Shown: in pieces, positions 38,001-47,582 of the stretch | How the letters are laid out: every line of letters starts with the position of its first letter | How positions within the stretch are numbered: position 1 is the first letter of the stretch | From: Longimicrobiales bacterium | Lineage (GTDB): Bacteria > Gemmatimonadota > Gemmatimonadetes > Longimicrobiales > Gaopeijiaceae | Assembly (NCBI GenBank): GCA_965203485.1 | Contig: OZ241892.1 | Location: 544,001 to 608,000 of the forward strand | Direction: 5' to 3' | DNA: 64,000 nt | The notes under the pieces: model-generated | The model's database searches: none | What the model saw: the letters and a program-made list of their open reading frames with translations, nothing else | What the model was told of the DNA's origin: nothing | Translations under genes and position numbers: made by a program

Positions 38001-38346
38001 CTTCCGGTTGCGCGTCGAAGAACGGCCTGCCATGCGCCATCCGGCCGAGGCCCAAGGCCGTTTTGTGTACTCGGGGCCGTCGGCGGCCGGTCCGGGACCG
38101 CGCGGCGGCACGCCCCGCGCAGGCGGCCGGTCCGGGGTCGACTCGCTCGGGATGGCGGTGCCGGGGCGGCCGGTGGAGGGTGCGGCCGCGGGAACTCCAG
38201 GCGGCGATGTTCGGCGGCTGGCCGCCAATCGCGGAGAGCATCGGCCCAAGACGCCGATCACGGTGGAAAAGCCGCCCGGACGCAACGCGCCTTGTCCTTG
38301 CGGAAGCGGCCGAAAGTACAAGAAGTGCCACGGCGCGCTGACCTAG
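35050..38346 (+). CDS. secA: Preprotein translocase ATPase SecA with C-terminal SEC-C motif
   Basis: MATGEGKT, DEVDSILIDEARTPLIISG, QLRGRAGRQGDPG, CPCGSGRKYKKCHG. Confidence 0.99.
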   Translation: MIKGIVKRVVGSRHAREVKRLRPLVAEINERFAELEDLPDDALGARTGVFRERIGEATARTEEEIKSLRQAKRTTTDPDERETLSLEIGKLESRLLDELGRALEEILPEAFAVVKEACRRLVGRQVAVTGHFLEWDMVPYDVQLVGAVQLHRGQVAEMATGEGKTLVATMPLYLNALAGRGAHLVTVNSYLAQRDAEWMGSIYRMLGLTVDCIDLYQPGSPERRAAYHADITYGTNNEFGFDYLRDNMVHSLEQRVQRSHAYAIIDEVDSILIDEARTPLIISGPVSRDTSTPFKRMAPVVGALHRKQSRRLGEMIARAEKLLESGGEDEYEAGELLLAAKRGGPKNKRLMKLFADQPAVVKLVEKVEADYMRDKRLHEVDEMLLFAMDEKGSAVHLSDQGLDELSPGEPEAFVVPDLSEAMGEIQDDEDMPVEAKRRRMADLEAEYADKSQKIHVIHQLLKAYTLFRRDERYIVGEDGSIVIVDEFTGRQMPGRRWSDGLHQAVEAKEGVEVRGETQTLATITIQNYFRMYDKLAGMTGTAETEETEFHQIYNLDVAVIPTNRPIARDDRDDLIFRTKREKYAAIMDEIERLNRLDLPVLVGTTNVEVSETLSRMLKRRGLHHNVLNAKQHKRESEIVTEAGQPGAVTIATNMAGRGTDIKLGEGVTRTRTVGWAKERGMEPQSVAPTDPVRYEELAGKPDDHVVEVGGLHIVGSERHEARRIDRQLRGRAGRQGDPGASQFFLSLEDDLMRLFGGMERIAGAMERMGAEEGEVITHPLVTRSIGRAQKRVEGNNFEARKRLLDYDDVMNQQREVVYDLRLFALEGGEDLKGEIWEMIRHAMDAVFEDCVPESSASEEMDAGSLRQRMLLDLHTVLPRLDNEADAGELDREGLIAAAGEAVRNSFDRQLEAFGEHAERVMSFVLLSTIDGKWKDHLYDLDHLKASIGFRGWGQKDPLVEYKKEAYEMFVGLMDDIRRTVTQQFFRLRVEERPAMRHPAEAQGRFVYSGPSAAGPGPRGGTPRAGGRSGVDSLGMAVPGRPVEGAAAGTPGGDVRRLAANRGEHRPKTPITVEKPPGRNAPCPCGSGRKYKKCHGALT

Positions 38347-39038
38347 ACCGGGGCCACCCTCCCGAAGCGCGCCCGCGCGAGCGCTTGCGCCGGTATGGCC
38401 CAGGGCCCCTTTCCGAGCGCGAGCTGCTGGCGCTCGTGATCGGTTCCGGGGCCGCGACGGCGTCGGCCGGCGCCTTGGCCGAGCGAGTGCTCTCGCTTGC
38501 TGACGGCCGGTTGCGGGACCTGGGCCGGGTCGACCAGGACCGACTCACCGCCATATCGGGCATCGGCATGGCCATGGCCGCGAGGATCGTCGCCGCCATC
38601 GAGCTCGGCAAGCGAGTGGCGGCGGCCCGCACGGTGCGCGAAGAGCCGATCACGGGCCCGCGCGACGTCCATGGACTCTTCGCCCCCAGCATGGCCCATC
38701 TGCCGCACGAGGAGTTCCACGTGCTGTTGCTGGACGCCCAGAACGCGCCGATCTGCCAGCGCCAGGTCACGCGCGGAATCCTGGACGCGTCCCTGATTCA
38801 CCCGCGCGAAGTCTTCCGCGACGCGATCGTGTTGCGCGCGGCCGCGCTCATCCTCGTCCACAACCATCCCTCCGGAAACCCCGAGCCCTCCGCCGAGGAC
38901 CTTCGGGTGACGCGCCAACTCTCCTCCGCCGGCGATCAACTGGGCATTCCCGTGTTGGATCACATCATCGTCGCGGGCAAGGACTTCTCTTCGCTGGCCG
39001 GCCGCGGTTGCCTGAGGGACCCGCCCGAAGGCGACTGA
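38325..39038 (+). CDS. radC: RadC/JAB-domain protein (start uncertain; GTG overlaps the secA end)
   Basis: RPRERL, LSERELLA, HPREVF, HNHPSG, SAED, LDHII. Confidence 0.9.
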   Translation: MPRRADLDRGHPPEARPRERLRRYGPGPLSERELLALVIGSGAATASAGALAERVLSLADGRLRDLGRVDQDRLTAISGIGMAMAARIVAAIELGKRVAAARTVREEPITGPRDVHGLFAPSMAHLPHEEFHVLLLDAQNAPICQRQVTRGILDASLIHPREVFRDAIVLRAAALILVHNHPSGNPEPSAEDLRVTRQLSSAGDQLGIPVLDHIIVAGKDFSSLAGRGCLRDPPEGD

Positions 39039-39235
39039 TGCCTGCCCTCGTGCTGTCGCCAAGTCTCGTTGCGCCCGTGGGCATTGCGCCCCCGACTTGG
39101 GCGCGCCACGGCATCGCGCCGCCTGCGCTCCGCGGACGATGACGCCTCGATGATCCCCATGCGGTCTTGTTGGACCCTTCGCCCCGTCCGTCTGGGCGGG
39201 CCGCCCCTCCGCTCGCTCCCCAAGGAGACCTCGCC

Positions 39236-40528
39236 GTGAGCAGCTCTTCGAATTCGCCCCCGCCCCCATTCAGCCGGGGCGCCGCCGCTCTTGCCCTCCT
39301 GCTCGTCCTGTCCGTGGCGGGCCGCGCTTCGGCGCTCGTCCAGCAGGTGGTGGACCTGCCGGCCGAAGACACGCCGTTGTCGGCCGACTTCGAAGAGGTG
39401 CGCCGTATCGGGGACCCCGACGTGCTCCTTACCGCCGTCGAGGCCGCGGCCTTCGGAGACGACGGCCGACTGTACGTGCTCGACGCGGACGGGGCCGGGC
39501 AACGCCTGCTTGTGTTTGGGGACGACGGCGCGGTACGCGAGATCGGCAGGCAGGGCCAAGGACCCGGCGAGTACAGCGCCATCTCGCACTTCGCACCGAC
39601 CGAGGGAGGGGGCGTCGCCGCGTTCGACGTGGACCGGAACAGATACCTCGTGTTTGATCGCGACGGGGACTTCGAACGTTTCGTTGCGATGCCCAGCGGG
39701 TTGCCGGGCGGGGCGGGAACATTCGACTTTGGGCGCGACGCCCGCCCTGCTCGCCGCGGGGACGACTTGATCTCCGTGCGGCACATGGAGATGGACATGT
39801 CCCGGGCCGAGGAAGGCCGTGTCGGCGCGTCGCCAAGTCGGCGGATCGTCGAGCGGCTCGGACTGGGCGGCAAGATCGCGACGCTCGATACGGTCATGCG
39901 GCTCTGGACCCCGCCGCCCCCTCCTCCGTCGGAGCGCAACGTGGATGGCATTGCGGTCTCGATGGCGATGCGCATGTTCGAGCCGAGGATACGCTACGAC
40001 GTTTCTTCCAGCGGTGCCGTGGTCGTTGCGGACTCCACCGCCTATGCCGTCAAGGTCGCCGGGTCGGCCGGCGTCGAGCGTGTGCTGCGCCGGCCGTTGG
40101 ACGCGGTACCGGTGACGAGGCGAGTGCGCAACCGTGTCAAGGACGCGCACCGCGAAGCTCTGGCGAGGGAACTGGCCACCGCGGCTGGACCCGTCCGGGC
40201 AATGCTGGAAGAGAGCAGGCCCGCCTTGGAGGAGAGCATCGACGAGGTGCAGTTCTACGACGAGATTTCCGTGATCGCCGACATCGCGGCGGGCTGGGAG
40301 AGGACCGTATGGGTCGTCCGCATCGACGCGGACGAACCGTGGAACGAGGAGATTTCGGGCCCGGTGGACGTGCTGGTTCGCGACGGCGGCTACGTCGGCA
40401 CGTTCGCCGCCGGGTCGGACGCGATGCCGCTGGCCTTGGGCCCGGACGGGTTGGCCGCGTACGTCGAAACCGACGCGTTCGAGGTGCAGACCGTGGTGAT
40501 CAAGAGGTTGCCCGCGGAACTGCGGTAG
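39236..40528 (+). CDS. Secreted 6-bladed beta-propeller-like protein
   Basis: Signal peptide, DGRLYVLD, IGRQGQGPGEY, beta-rich blades. Confidence 0.8.
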   Translation: MSSSSNSPPPPFSRGAAALALLLVLSVAGRASALVQQVVDLPAEDTPLSADFEEVRRIGDPDVLLTAVEAAAFGDDGRLYVLDADGAGQRLLVFGDDGAVREIGRQGQGPGEYSAISHFAPTEGGGVAAFDVDRNRYLVFDRDGDFERFVAMPSGLPGGAGTFDFGRDARPARRGDDLISVRHMEMDMSRAEEGRVGASPSRRIVERLGLGGKIATLDTVMRLWTPPPPPPSERNVDGIAVSMAMRMFEPRIRYDVSSSGAVVVADSTAYAVKVAGSAGVERVLRRPLDAVPVTRRVRNRVKDAHREALARELATAAGPVRAMLEESRPALEESIDEVQFYDEISVIADIAAGWERTVWVVRIDADEPWNEEISGPVDVLVRDGGYVGTFAAGSDAMPLALGPDGLAAYVETDAFEVQTVVIKRLPAELR

Positions 40529-40533
40529 CCGCC

Positions 40534-41316
40534 TCAGTTCTGCTCGGACGCCTGGAAGCGGTAGCCGAATCCGCGGACGGTCTCGATCCAGTCGCCGGCG
40601 AAGTCGAGCTTGGTCCGCAGGCGCCGCACGTGCATGTCGACCGTACGCGTGTGCATGCGGTCGACGATCTCCGACTCGGCCCAGGCTTCGACGAGAAGCT
40701 GGTGGCGGCTGAGCGTGCGGCCGGGTCGCTCCATCAGGGACCGCAACAGCCTAAACTCGGTGGGCGTGACCCGGATGTCGCGTTCCCGGAGGGTCACGCG
40801 CAACGCGGCCAAGTCCATGCGCAACGGCCCGGCGCGCAGTATGCGCCCGCCTCCGGAGGGACTCTGTCGCTCGCCCCGCGCCCGCCGCAGCACTGCGTCG
40901 ATGCGCAACGCCAGCTCCCTGGAGCTGAACGGCTTGGTTACGTAGTCGTCGGCCCCCATCTCCAGCCCGCTGATGCGGTCTTCCTGCTCGCGCTTGGCGG
41001 TCAGCACCACCACGGGCAGCATCCGAGTGGCCGCGTCGGAGCGAATGGCCTTCAGCACGTCGTCGCCCGACAAGCCGGGCAACATGCGGTCCAGCACGAC
41101 CAAGTCGGGGAGGTTGCGGTTCATGGCGTCGAGAGCGGCGCTCCCGTTGAGCGCCGTCTCCACTCGGTAGCCGGCCCGGGTCAGCTGATAGGCGATCAGC
41201 GCCGCGATCTCGGCCTCGTCCTCGACGACGAGCACGCGGGCGACCGGTCCGTCGCGGCCGGGCCCGGCCGTGGGCGTCCCGGCGGCGCGGGTCCTGGCCG
41301 CAAAGTGGACGCTCAT
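40534..41316 (-). CDS. OmpR/PhoB-family response regulator (PhoB-like)
   Basis: VLVVEDE, LDRMLPGLSG, GADDYVTKPFS, TPTEFRLL, RTVDMHVRRLR, TVRGFGYR. Confidence 0.93.
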   Translation of the reverse strand: MSVHFAARTRAAGTPTAGPGRDGPVARVLVVEDEAEIAALIAYQLTRAGYRVETALNGSAALDAMNRNLPDLVVLDRMLPGLSGDDVLKAIRSDAATRMLPVVVLTAKREQEDRISGLEMGADDYVTKPFSSRELALRIDAVLRRARGERQSPSGGGRILRAGPLRMDLAALRVTLRERDIRVTPTEFRLLRSLMERPGRTLSRHQLLVEAWAESEIVDRMHTRTVDMHVRRLRTKLDFAGDWIETVRGFGYRFQASEQN

Positions 41317-41383
41317 GCCGCGATCGTCCTCCGTGCCGGATCTGCGAGCAAGCGCGTCGGTTCACCGGCGTGCATGGACGCGC

Positions 41384-41989
41384 TCACGATCCCGCCGCCG
41401 TCTTCGCGTCTTCGTCGTAGTAGCGAAAGATCTTGTATCCTCCGTGCCGGACCAAGACATCCTTGAACAGCTGCATCTTGTAGGACCGGTCCCCGACACT
41501 GAAGCTAACGTAGCAATCCGTGTGAACCGAGAACGTCGCGAAGACTTGGGCGTCGCTTCGGCATGCGACGTTCTTGTATGCAACGGCGCCCGCCCGGCGG
41601 ATGGACGCCAATGCGGCCGACGCCCTGCGCACGGCGCGCTGGTTTCGCAACTGGATGTTTCGCCAAGCCAGATCGACTGGAAAGGGGTGCTCGGCCTGGG
41701 CCACGGGAAATTCTGGCCAAACCACTTCGTTGTGCTCGGCCTTGCTGAGGCGAAAGCGTTCCAGCGCCTTGTGGTCCGCGCGCTCGAAGGCGTCCATGAC
41801 CTTGCGTCCCAGGTCGTCAAGACTCGTCGCGGAACCCGGAAAGGGCTGGCCGCCGCACCCGTTGGCGAGCACGGCGGCACAGCCCAGAAACACGGCCAGT
41901 TTGCGTCGCGCGGCGAGTCCAAGTCTCGTGGGGGCCGCGCTTCTGCGGAGCGCAAGCCTCCCGCCAAGTCCGTCGAGAACGAAGTTCAC
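41384..41989 (-). CDS. Hypothetical lipoprotein (start uncertain)
   Basis: Lipobox LANGC followed by a globular region with coding-like codons. Confidence 0.65.
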   Translation of the reverse strand: MNFVLDGLGGRLALRRSAAPTRLGLAARRKLAVFLGCAAVLANGCGGQPFPGSATSLDDLGRKVMDAFERADHKALERFRLSKAEHNEVVWPEFPVAQAEHPFPVDLAWRNIQLRNQRAVRRASAALASIRRAGAVAYKNVACRSDAQVFATFSVHTDCYVSFSVGDRSYKMQLFKDVLVRHGGYKIFRYYDEDAKTAAGS

Positions 41990-42026
41990 CGCGCACGCAC
42001 GCACGGCTCCGCGATCTCCGTGGCCG

Positions 42027-43595
42027 CTAGTTGCGCACGAAGGACGTCCAGCCGGTCCACCACTTTGGACCGTCCGGATCCGCCGCGCCGATGAAGTCCG
42101 TCGCGATGAAGAAGCCGTCGGACGGCGGCGCGGCCGCGCCCGTGAGCAGGGGTGAACCCGCTTGCGGCGTGAAATCCGGCGCGTCGCGGTTGTACGGATC
42201 GGCCAGCATGGCGTCCGACTCGACCCGGTTGCCCCAGCCGTCCGTGTTGAAGAACGCTGCTTCGTCAATGCCGTCGTCGTCGGTTGCGAACGATGCCTTG
42301 TTGTCCGCGAGGATCGAATTGCGCAGTTCGAGACCGTTGCCGACAGTCTCTTGGTTGTCGATGTCCAAGCCCACTTGGCCGAAGCCGATCACGACGGCGT
42401 TGTGGATCGCACCAGCCGTGCCGCGCCGCAACCGCAGTCCGTCCTTCGACTCCCCGGCCGCGCCGCCGTTGCCGCCGGGGCCTTTGCCTACTAGCGTCAC
42501 GTTGTAGATGGTCGGCGCCGTCAACGGCGTGGCGTCGTAGTTGTCCTCGTTGCCGTCCGCTTCGAAGCCGTTGTCCGCGTCGGCGGGATCCTGCTGGGCA
42601 ATCCAGAATTGCCCGCGGCCCTGCCACCCGGTCGAGTAGTCGAAGCTGTCGTCGCTGGCGTTGGTGACTATCGCGTACTTGAGGTCGACGGTTCCGCCGA
42701 AGAATTCGATGCCGTCGTCCAGGCCGACGTTCGTCTGCACGTACTCGATCGTGGTGCCGGCGCCGACGCCGTTGAGCGTCAGGGCATTCAGCTCGTTGCC
42801 CGCCGACACTTCGTAGCCCGCGAACTCGATGCGCGTGTACCGGATCACGCCGCTGTTGTCGTTCCGGTCGTCGCCCCCGTAGGTGCCCGACGAGCCCTCG
42901 CCGATGCATTCGCCCGCAGGAAAGTTGCACAGGGACTTGCCGTTGACGACCACGCCGCCCCAGTCGCCGGGGCGCCGCTCGCCCGCCGGAGAAGCGCTGG
43001 TGAAGACGACGGGCGCCTCGGCGGTGCCCTCCGAATAGATCTTGCCGCCGGCTCGCACGATGAGCGCGGTGGGTTGCACGGCAACGTCGCCCATCAGCGT
43101 AGTGCCGGCGGGTATGCGCAACTCGCCCCCGTCGGCGACCGTTACGATGCCCTTGAGGATGTACGTCGTGTCGGCGTGCAACGTGCGCGTTGCCGAGACG
43201 GTGCCGCTCAGGTCGGCTTGGGCGACTTGTTCTTCGACCGTTACCGAGGCCGGGTTCGAAGGCGAGGACCGCAACGAGCCGTTCAAGGCGACGACGCGAT
43301 AGGCGTAGGTTCCGGGCGTCAAGTCGTCGTCGGTGTACGACGTGGCGGTCACGTTCGTAGCGATGGAAACGAAGTCGTCGCCCGGCGACTGCCGTTCCAC
43401 CACGTACGAGGGCGCCGAGCCATTCCAGTTCACGGTCACTGTCGTCCCGTTGGCCTGCGCGGACACGCCGGTGGGCGTGGCCGGAGGATCGGGGGGGAGC
43501 TCCGTTGGCGAGCTGCCGTCGCCGCAAGCGGTCGCGGCCGTCGCGATTCCTGTTGCGAAGAGAGCCCCGAGCAACATGTGTGTCCTGCGGATCAT
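42027..43595 (-). CDS. Lipoprotein with an FN3 domain and a beta-helix-like domain, partner of the TonB-dependent receptor
   Basis: TAC lipobox, FN3 (YVVER...YAYRVVALN), GDWGG, DNSGVIRYTRIEFAG, DDGIEFFGG, DNGFEADG. Confidence 0.85.
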   Translation of the reverse strand: MIRRTHMLLGALFATGIATAATACGDGSSPTELPPDPPATPTGVSAQANGTTVTVNWNGSAPSYVVERQSPGDDFVSIATNVTATSYTDDDLTPGTYAYRVVALNGSLRSSPSNPASVTVEEQVAQADLSGTVSATRTLHADTTYILKGIVTVADGGELRIPAGTTLMGDVAVQPTALIVRAGGKIYSEGTAEAPVVFTSASPAGERRPGDWGGVVVNGKSLCNFPAGECIGEGSSGTYGGDDRNDNSGVIRYTRIEFAGYEVSAGNELNALTLNGVGAGTTIEYVQTNVGLDDGIEFFGGTVDLKYAIVTNASDDSFDYSTGWQGRGQFWIAQQDPADADNGFEADGNEDNYDATPLTAPTIYNVTLVGKGPGGNGGAAGESKDGLRLRRGTAGAIHNAVVIGFGQVGLDIDNQETVGNGLELRNSILADNKASFATDDDGIDEAAFFNTDGWGNRVESDAMLADPYNRDAPDFTPQAGSPLLTGAAAPPSDGFFIATDFIGAADPDGPKWWTGWTSFVRN

Positions 43596-43719
43596 CTCTG
43601 CTTTCTCCTGGGTGTGGGCTTCATGCACGGAGTTCGGGCCGGATGGCCTAGGCGCCCGCCCGCGGACTTGCGGGACAAGCGGAAGCGTTCAAGGTCCAGT
43701 CCGTTCTCCGCGGTCGGCG

Positions 43720-46512
43720 TTAGTTGCCGGTGTCCCAACCGAGGGAGAACGAGATCGTGCGGCCGGAGTCCCACCGGCGCAGCACGCTGGCGTATTGCGT
43801 GAACTCGACGACGTTGCCGACGAGCCTGCTGGCCGAGAGCTTCACGACCATGCCGCTCGCCAGCGTCCGCTCCAGCACGACGTCGAGCTGGGACCGCGGC
43901 TCCTCGAATATGTCCGGCGTGGCCTGTCCTCCCACCGTGTCGATGCGGCGGCCGAAGCGGTTGAAGAGCGCAGTGGCTCTGGAGCGTCCCGACGCGGAAG
44001 CGTAGCCGAGCTGCAGGTTGATCACGTATGGAGACTGTCCCTGCAATGCCCGTTCCTTGGCCACGACGCTCAAGTCGGTGCCGCCTTCGCCCGGGACGTA
44101 TATCCGAATCGTTTCCGGCGTGGTCACCTTGGACCGGACGAGCGTCACGTTGCCGTTCAGCGCGAGCGTCGCCAGCTTCGGCGACATGAAGCCCAGGTCG
44201 GTCCTCAACTCGAGTTCGAGTCCGTAGTTGTTGGCCGTTCCACCGTTTATCCATGTCTTCATCAGCTCGGAACTGGGCAGGACCGATACTTCTATGGGGC
44301 TGTCGAACGTCTTGTAGAACGCGCTGGCGGCGAGGAGTCCGCCGTTGTCGAGGAACGCTTCCCAGCGCGCGTCGAAGTTGCGAATCGTCGACCGGACGAG
44401 TTCGGGGTTGCCCCCCGTCAGGTAGCCGCCGGCGTAGTCCGCGAAGGCGAACGGAGCCAGCTCGCGGAGCTGCGGCCTCGCGAGCGTCCGCGATCCGCTG
44501 AGGCGCAGGTTCATGTTGTCGCGCATCCCCAAAGTCAAGCCGAGCACGGGAAGCAAGTCGGTGTCGTCCAGGTGCGCGCCCTCCAGATTGGGGAGGCCGA
44601 CGCTGAAGAGATCGAACGGCGTCACGTCCTGGACAGCCGATTCGACGCGCAGGCCCGTCATGACCTTGATCCAGCTGGTCACGTCGGCTTCCGCCTTCAC
44701 GTAGCCGGCCGCGACGTCTTCGGTCGCGTCGTAGTTGTCGGGCCGGAAGGTGGCTTCCTGCAACTCGAAGCCCGTGGCCCCGATCGATGCAGGATCGAAC
44801 AGCTCGTTGGGTCCGCGTGTGCGGTCTATGCGCGCGCCCGGCACCATCAGGAAGCGGAAGCGACGGGTGTAGGCGTCGCGCCGCTTGGTGCTTATCCTGC
44901 CGCCGAACGCGACGGAGCCGCTTCCGTAAGCGCTTCCCAGGGCGAACGGGATCGTAAAGTCGGCGGAGCCGCTGTAGGTGTCGTCGACGAGGTTCTGGTG
45001 GAAGACGGAGCCCGACGACACGAAGTTCTCGAAGAGGAACTCGCCGTCCTCTTCGCGATAGAGGACCTCGCGCGTGTTCGGCTCTTCGCGGCGGGCGCGG
45101 GACCACGCCGCCGACCAGTCCATCTTGGCGTCCGCGAGGAAGCCGAACAGGTGCTCGCCCCCGAGCTGGGCGTTGACCAGCGTCTGAGCCAGAAAGCGGA
45201 GCCGGTAGTTCCGCTGCCCGGAGTTCGAGTCCAGGTTGAAGCCCTGGTAGCGCCGCGCCTCGTCGTCCATGAGGCGGTTGTAGAGGAAGTTGGCCGTCAA
45301 CCGGCTGGTCGGCGTCAGCTCGTAGGAGACGTTGGCCAGGCTCCCGAGCGACACCGACCGCGTCGTGGCTTCGCCGCCGTAGTTGATTTCGGGATCCGAT
45401 GCGCCGGCCGAAGCGAACACGCGTTCGACGACGTCGTCCTTCTGGCTGAACGAGTTGCCGTAGGTCACCGAGGCCAGCAGGCCCAAGGAACGGCCGAACA
45501 GATCGAGGTCGTCGCCGTAGGACACGCCGAGCGACCCGTTCGGGGGCAGATTGCCGAAGAACGGACCCCAGTCGCCGCCGAACGCCTCGCCGAACTGCTC
45601 CAGTTCGCCGCGCGAGAAGTTGGGGAAGACGACGCGCTGGTCCGTGGGCACCAGCGCCGGAAGCGCCCTCGTGCCGTCGTCGAACCCCAGGAAGTCCCAC
45701 GCGCCGCCGTTGTAGCGGAGTCCGTCTTGGAACGAAGAGACCGTGTTGTAGCTGACCGAGCCTTTCACCTTGAAGATCCGCTCGGCCGGGAAGTTCTTGG
45801 TGCGTAGCTCGATCAGGCCGCCGGCGTAGTCGCCGGGCTGGTCCGGGGCGTAGCTCTTCGCCGTGACGATCGACTCGAGCAGTCCGGATGGCACGATGTC
45901 GAGCGGAACCGCCTTGCGGTCGGGCATCGGCGAAGCCAGCGGCGCCCCGTTGAGGGTCGTGGAGCTGTAGCGTTCGCCGAGCCCGCGCACATAGGCGAAC
46001 TTGCCGTCCACTACGGACAGTCCCGGCACGCGCGCGAGCGCCGCGGCGGCGTCGCCGTCCGGCGACTTGGAGATTTGGTCGGCGCCGATGGCGTCCACGA
46101 CGAAGGACTCGGTTGCGCGTTCGGCGAGCAGCGCCACGGTGGACCCGGTCTCGATCGCGGCGGCCACTGTGATGCCCTCGAGCTCCAGGGCGGACGACTG
46201 GAGCGAAACGTCCACCGTGACGACCTGATCGGGGTGCACAGCCACGCCCATGACCGTCTTGGGCGCGTACCCGAGCATCTGCACCACCAGGGAATGATCG
46301 CCCGGCGGCACGTCGCGGAGCACGAAGCGGCCGTCGATCCCCGAGACGTAGCCGGCCGACTGGTCGCCGAGCGCGACCTGGGCGGATGCGATGGGTTGCG
46401 CGGTCTGGCCGTCCACGACGCGCCCGACGATCTTGCCCTTCTGCGCCGCGAGGTGCGGCGCGTGGGCGGCGACGGCAACCAGCCCGAGGACTAGGGATGT
46501 TCGGTGCTTCAT
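43720..46512 (-). CDS. TonB-dependent receptor with N-terminal carboxypeptidase-regulatory-like domain
   Basis: Signal peptide, plug region (VRGLGERYSSTTLNG, VPLDIVPSGLLESI), beta-barrel, GNPEL; GAAGGAG RBS. Confidence 0.93.
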   Translation of the reverse strand: MKHRTSLVLGLVAVAAHAPHLAAQKGKIVGRVVDGQTAQPIASAQVALGDQSAGYVSGIDGRFVLRDVPPGDHSLVVQMLGYAPKTVMGVAVHPDQVVTVDVSLQSSALELEGITVAAAIETGSTVALLAERATESFVVDAIGADQISKSPDGDAAAALARVPGLSVVDGKFAYVRGLGERYSSTTLNGAPLASPMPDRKAVPLDIVPSGLLESIVTAKSYAPDQPGDYAGGLIELRTKNFPAERIFKVKGSVSYNTVSSFQDGLRYNGGAWDFLGFDDGTRALPALVPTDQRVVFPNFSRGELEQFGEAFGGDWGPFFGNLPPNGSLGVSYGDDLDLFGRSLGLLASVTYGNSFSQKDDVVERVFASAGASDPEINYGGEATTRSVSLGSLANVSYELTPTSRLTANFLYNRLMDDEARRYQGFNLDSNSGQRNYRLRFLAQTLVNAQLGGEHLFGFLADAKMDWSAAWSRARREEPNTREVLYREEDGEFLFENFVSSGSVFHQNLVDDTYSGSADFTIPFALGSAYGSGSVAFGGRISTKRRDAYTRRFRFLMVPGARIDRTRGPNELFDPASIGATGFELQEATFRPDNYDATEDVAAGYVKAEADVTSWIKVMTGLRVESAVQDVTPFDLFSVGLPNLEGAHLDDTDLLPVLGLTLGMRDNMNLRLSGSRTLARPQLRELAPFAFADYAGGYLTGGNPELVRSTIRNFDARWEAFLDNGGLLAASAFYKTFDSPIEVSVLPSSELMKTWINGGTANNYGLELELRTDLGFMSPKLATLALNGNVTLVRSKVTTPETIRIYVPGEGGTDLSVVAKERALQGQSPYVINLQLGYASASGRSRATALFNRFGRRIDTVGGQATPDIFEEPRSQLDVVLERTLASGMVVKLSASRLVGNVVEFTQYASVLRRWDSGRTISFSLGWDTGN

Positions 46513-46817
46513 GATGTTCGTCTTCTCCTTCGGGATGGCGTGCGCCGCCCGCTCCGGTGGCGGGACGGCGGTTCGGCTTCGAAGGAAAGTGGCGTGGCCA
46601 AGTAACGGCATGACTTTCGAGCGTGTAACGAGATCGTCAAGACGCTGGGAAGGGGCGCCGACCCGCGTCCGCCGGCGCCTGCGCCAGATCGTGCCGCGCC
46701 TGCCTTCGCCCGTCGTGCATGATCGTCCACGAAGGGAAAACTGGAGACCGAATGCGACGGCGGGATGTCGGCCCTGCGACCGATCGGCGACGGTCTTGAT
46801 GCGAAACGGCCACCGCT

Positions 46818-47429
46818 ATGGCGGCCATGGCGCTTGACGCGCTGGTTCGCAGGACGGAGGGCGTGCAACCGTGGCGCAGGGTGTTTCACGCCGCCGGGGG
46901 GGCGGCCATGGCGGGCTTCGCCTGGTTCGTCGGCGCGGATTCGTCGGCCGCCCGCTGGACCTTCGCCGCCTTGGCAGCGGCTGCTGCCGCGCTCGACGTC
47001 GTCCGCCTGCGCTGGCCGCCGGCGAACGCCGCGTTCTTCCGGTTCTTCTCGGCGCTGGCGTCGCCGCGCGAAGCCGGCAGGATCGCGTCGTCCACGTGGT
47101 ACGTGACGAGCGCGCTGCTCCTCTCGCTTTGGGCGCCCACGCCCGTTTTCGCGGCCGCCATGCTGGTCCTCGCGTTCGCCGACCCGGCGGCCAGCATCGT
47201 GGGCCGGCTGGGCGGAAGGCGCCGACTGGGGTCCGGCACCTGGGAGGGCACGGCGGCCTTCCTCGCGGTGGCCTTCGGGGTGCTGGCGCCGCTGGCTGGT
47301 CCCGTCGCGGCCTTGGCCGTGGCGTCCCTGGCGGCGGCCGCCGAAGCGTTCCCGGCCCGCATCGACGACAACTTGACGGTGCCGCTCGTAACTGCCTTGG
47401 CGCTCTCCGTGGCCGGCCTCGCAGGATGA
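46818..47429 (+). CDS. Membrane polyprenol/diacylglycerol kinase - cytidylyltransferase family protein
   Basis: RRVFH, ADPAASIVG, GTWEGT, IDDNLTVP. Confidence 0.82.
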   Translation: MAAMALDALVRRTEGVQPWRRVFHAAGGAAMAGFAWFVGADSSAARWTFAALAAAAAALDVVRLRWPPANAAFFRFFSALASPREAGRIASSTWYVTSALLLSLWAPTPVFAAAMLVLAFADPAASIVGRLGGRRRLGSGTWEGTAAFLAVAFGVLAPLAGPVAALAVASLAAAAEAFPARIDDNLTVPLVTALALSVAGLAG

Positions 47430-47469
47430 CCCCGGACGCTAGGCTAGGGGGTCAGGCCATCAGCGGACT

Positions 47470-47510
47470 GGCGACCGGCGCCAAGTGTTCGGTCGGGACC
47501 GCCGGTCGCC
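47470..47510. terminator. Hairpin between convergent genes
   Basis: GGCGACCGGCG ... CGCCGGTCGCC 11-bp inverted repeat; no U-tract. Confidence 0.35.
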
Positions 47511-47582
47511 GCAACGGGCTCCGCCAGCCAGTTGCCGCGTGCCGGAATCCACTTGCGCGCGGCGGAGCTGACGACCTCGCGC

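Noticed and set aside
38325..39038. radC as a marker of a mobile element
   Set aside because: Full-length chromosomal-type RadC coupled to secA; no integrase, att sites or cargo
46600..46640. Pho-box-like GTTAC/GTCAT half-sites upstream of the TonB receptor
   Set aside because: The two GTTAC copies are 23 bp apart, not in 11-bp register, and no -10 matches the nearby TTGACG
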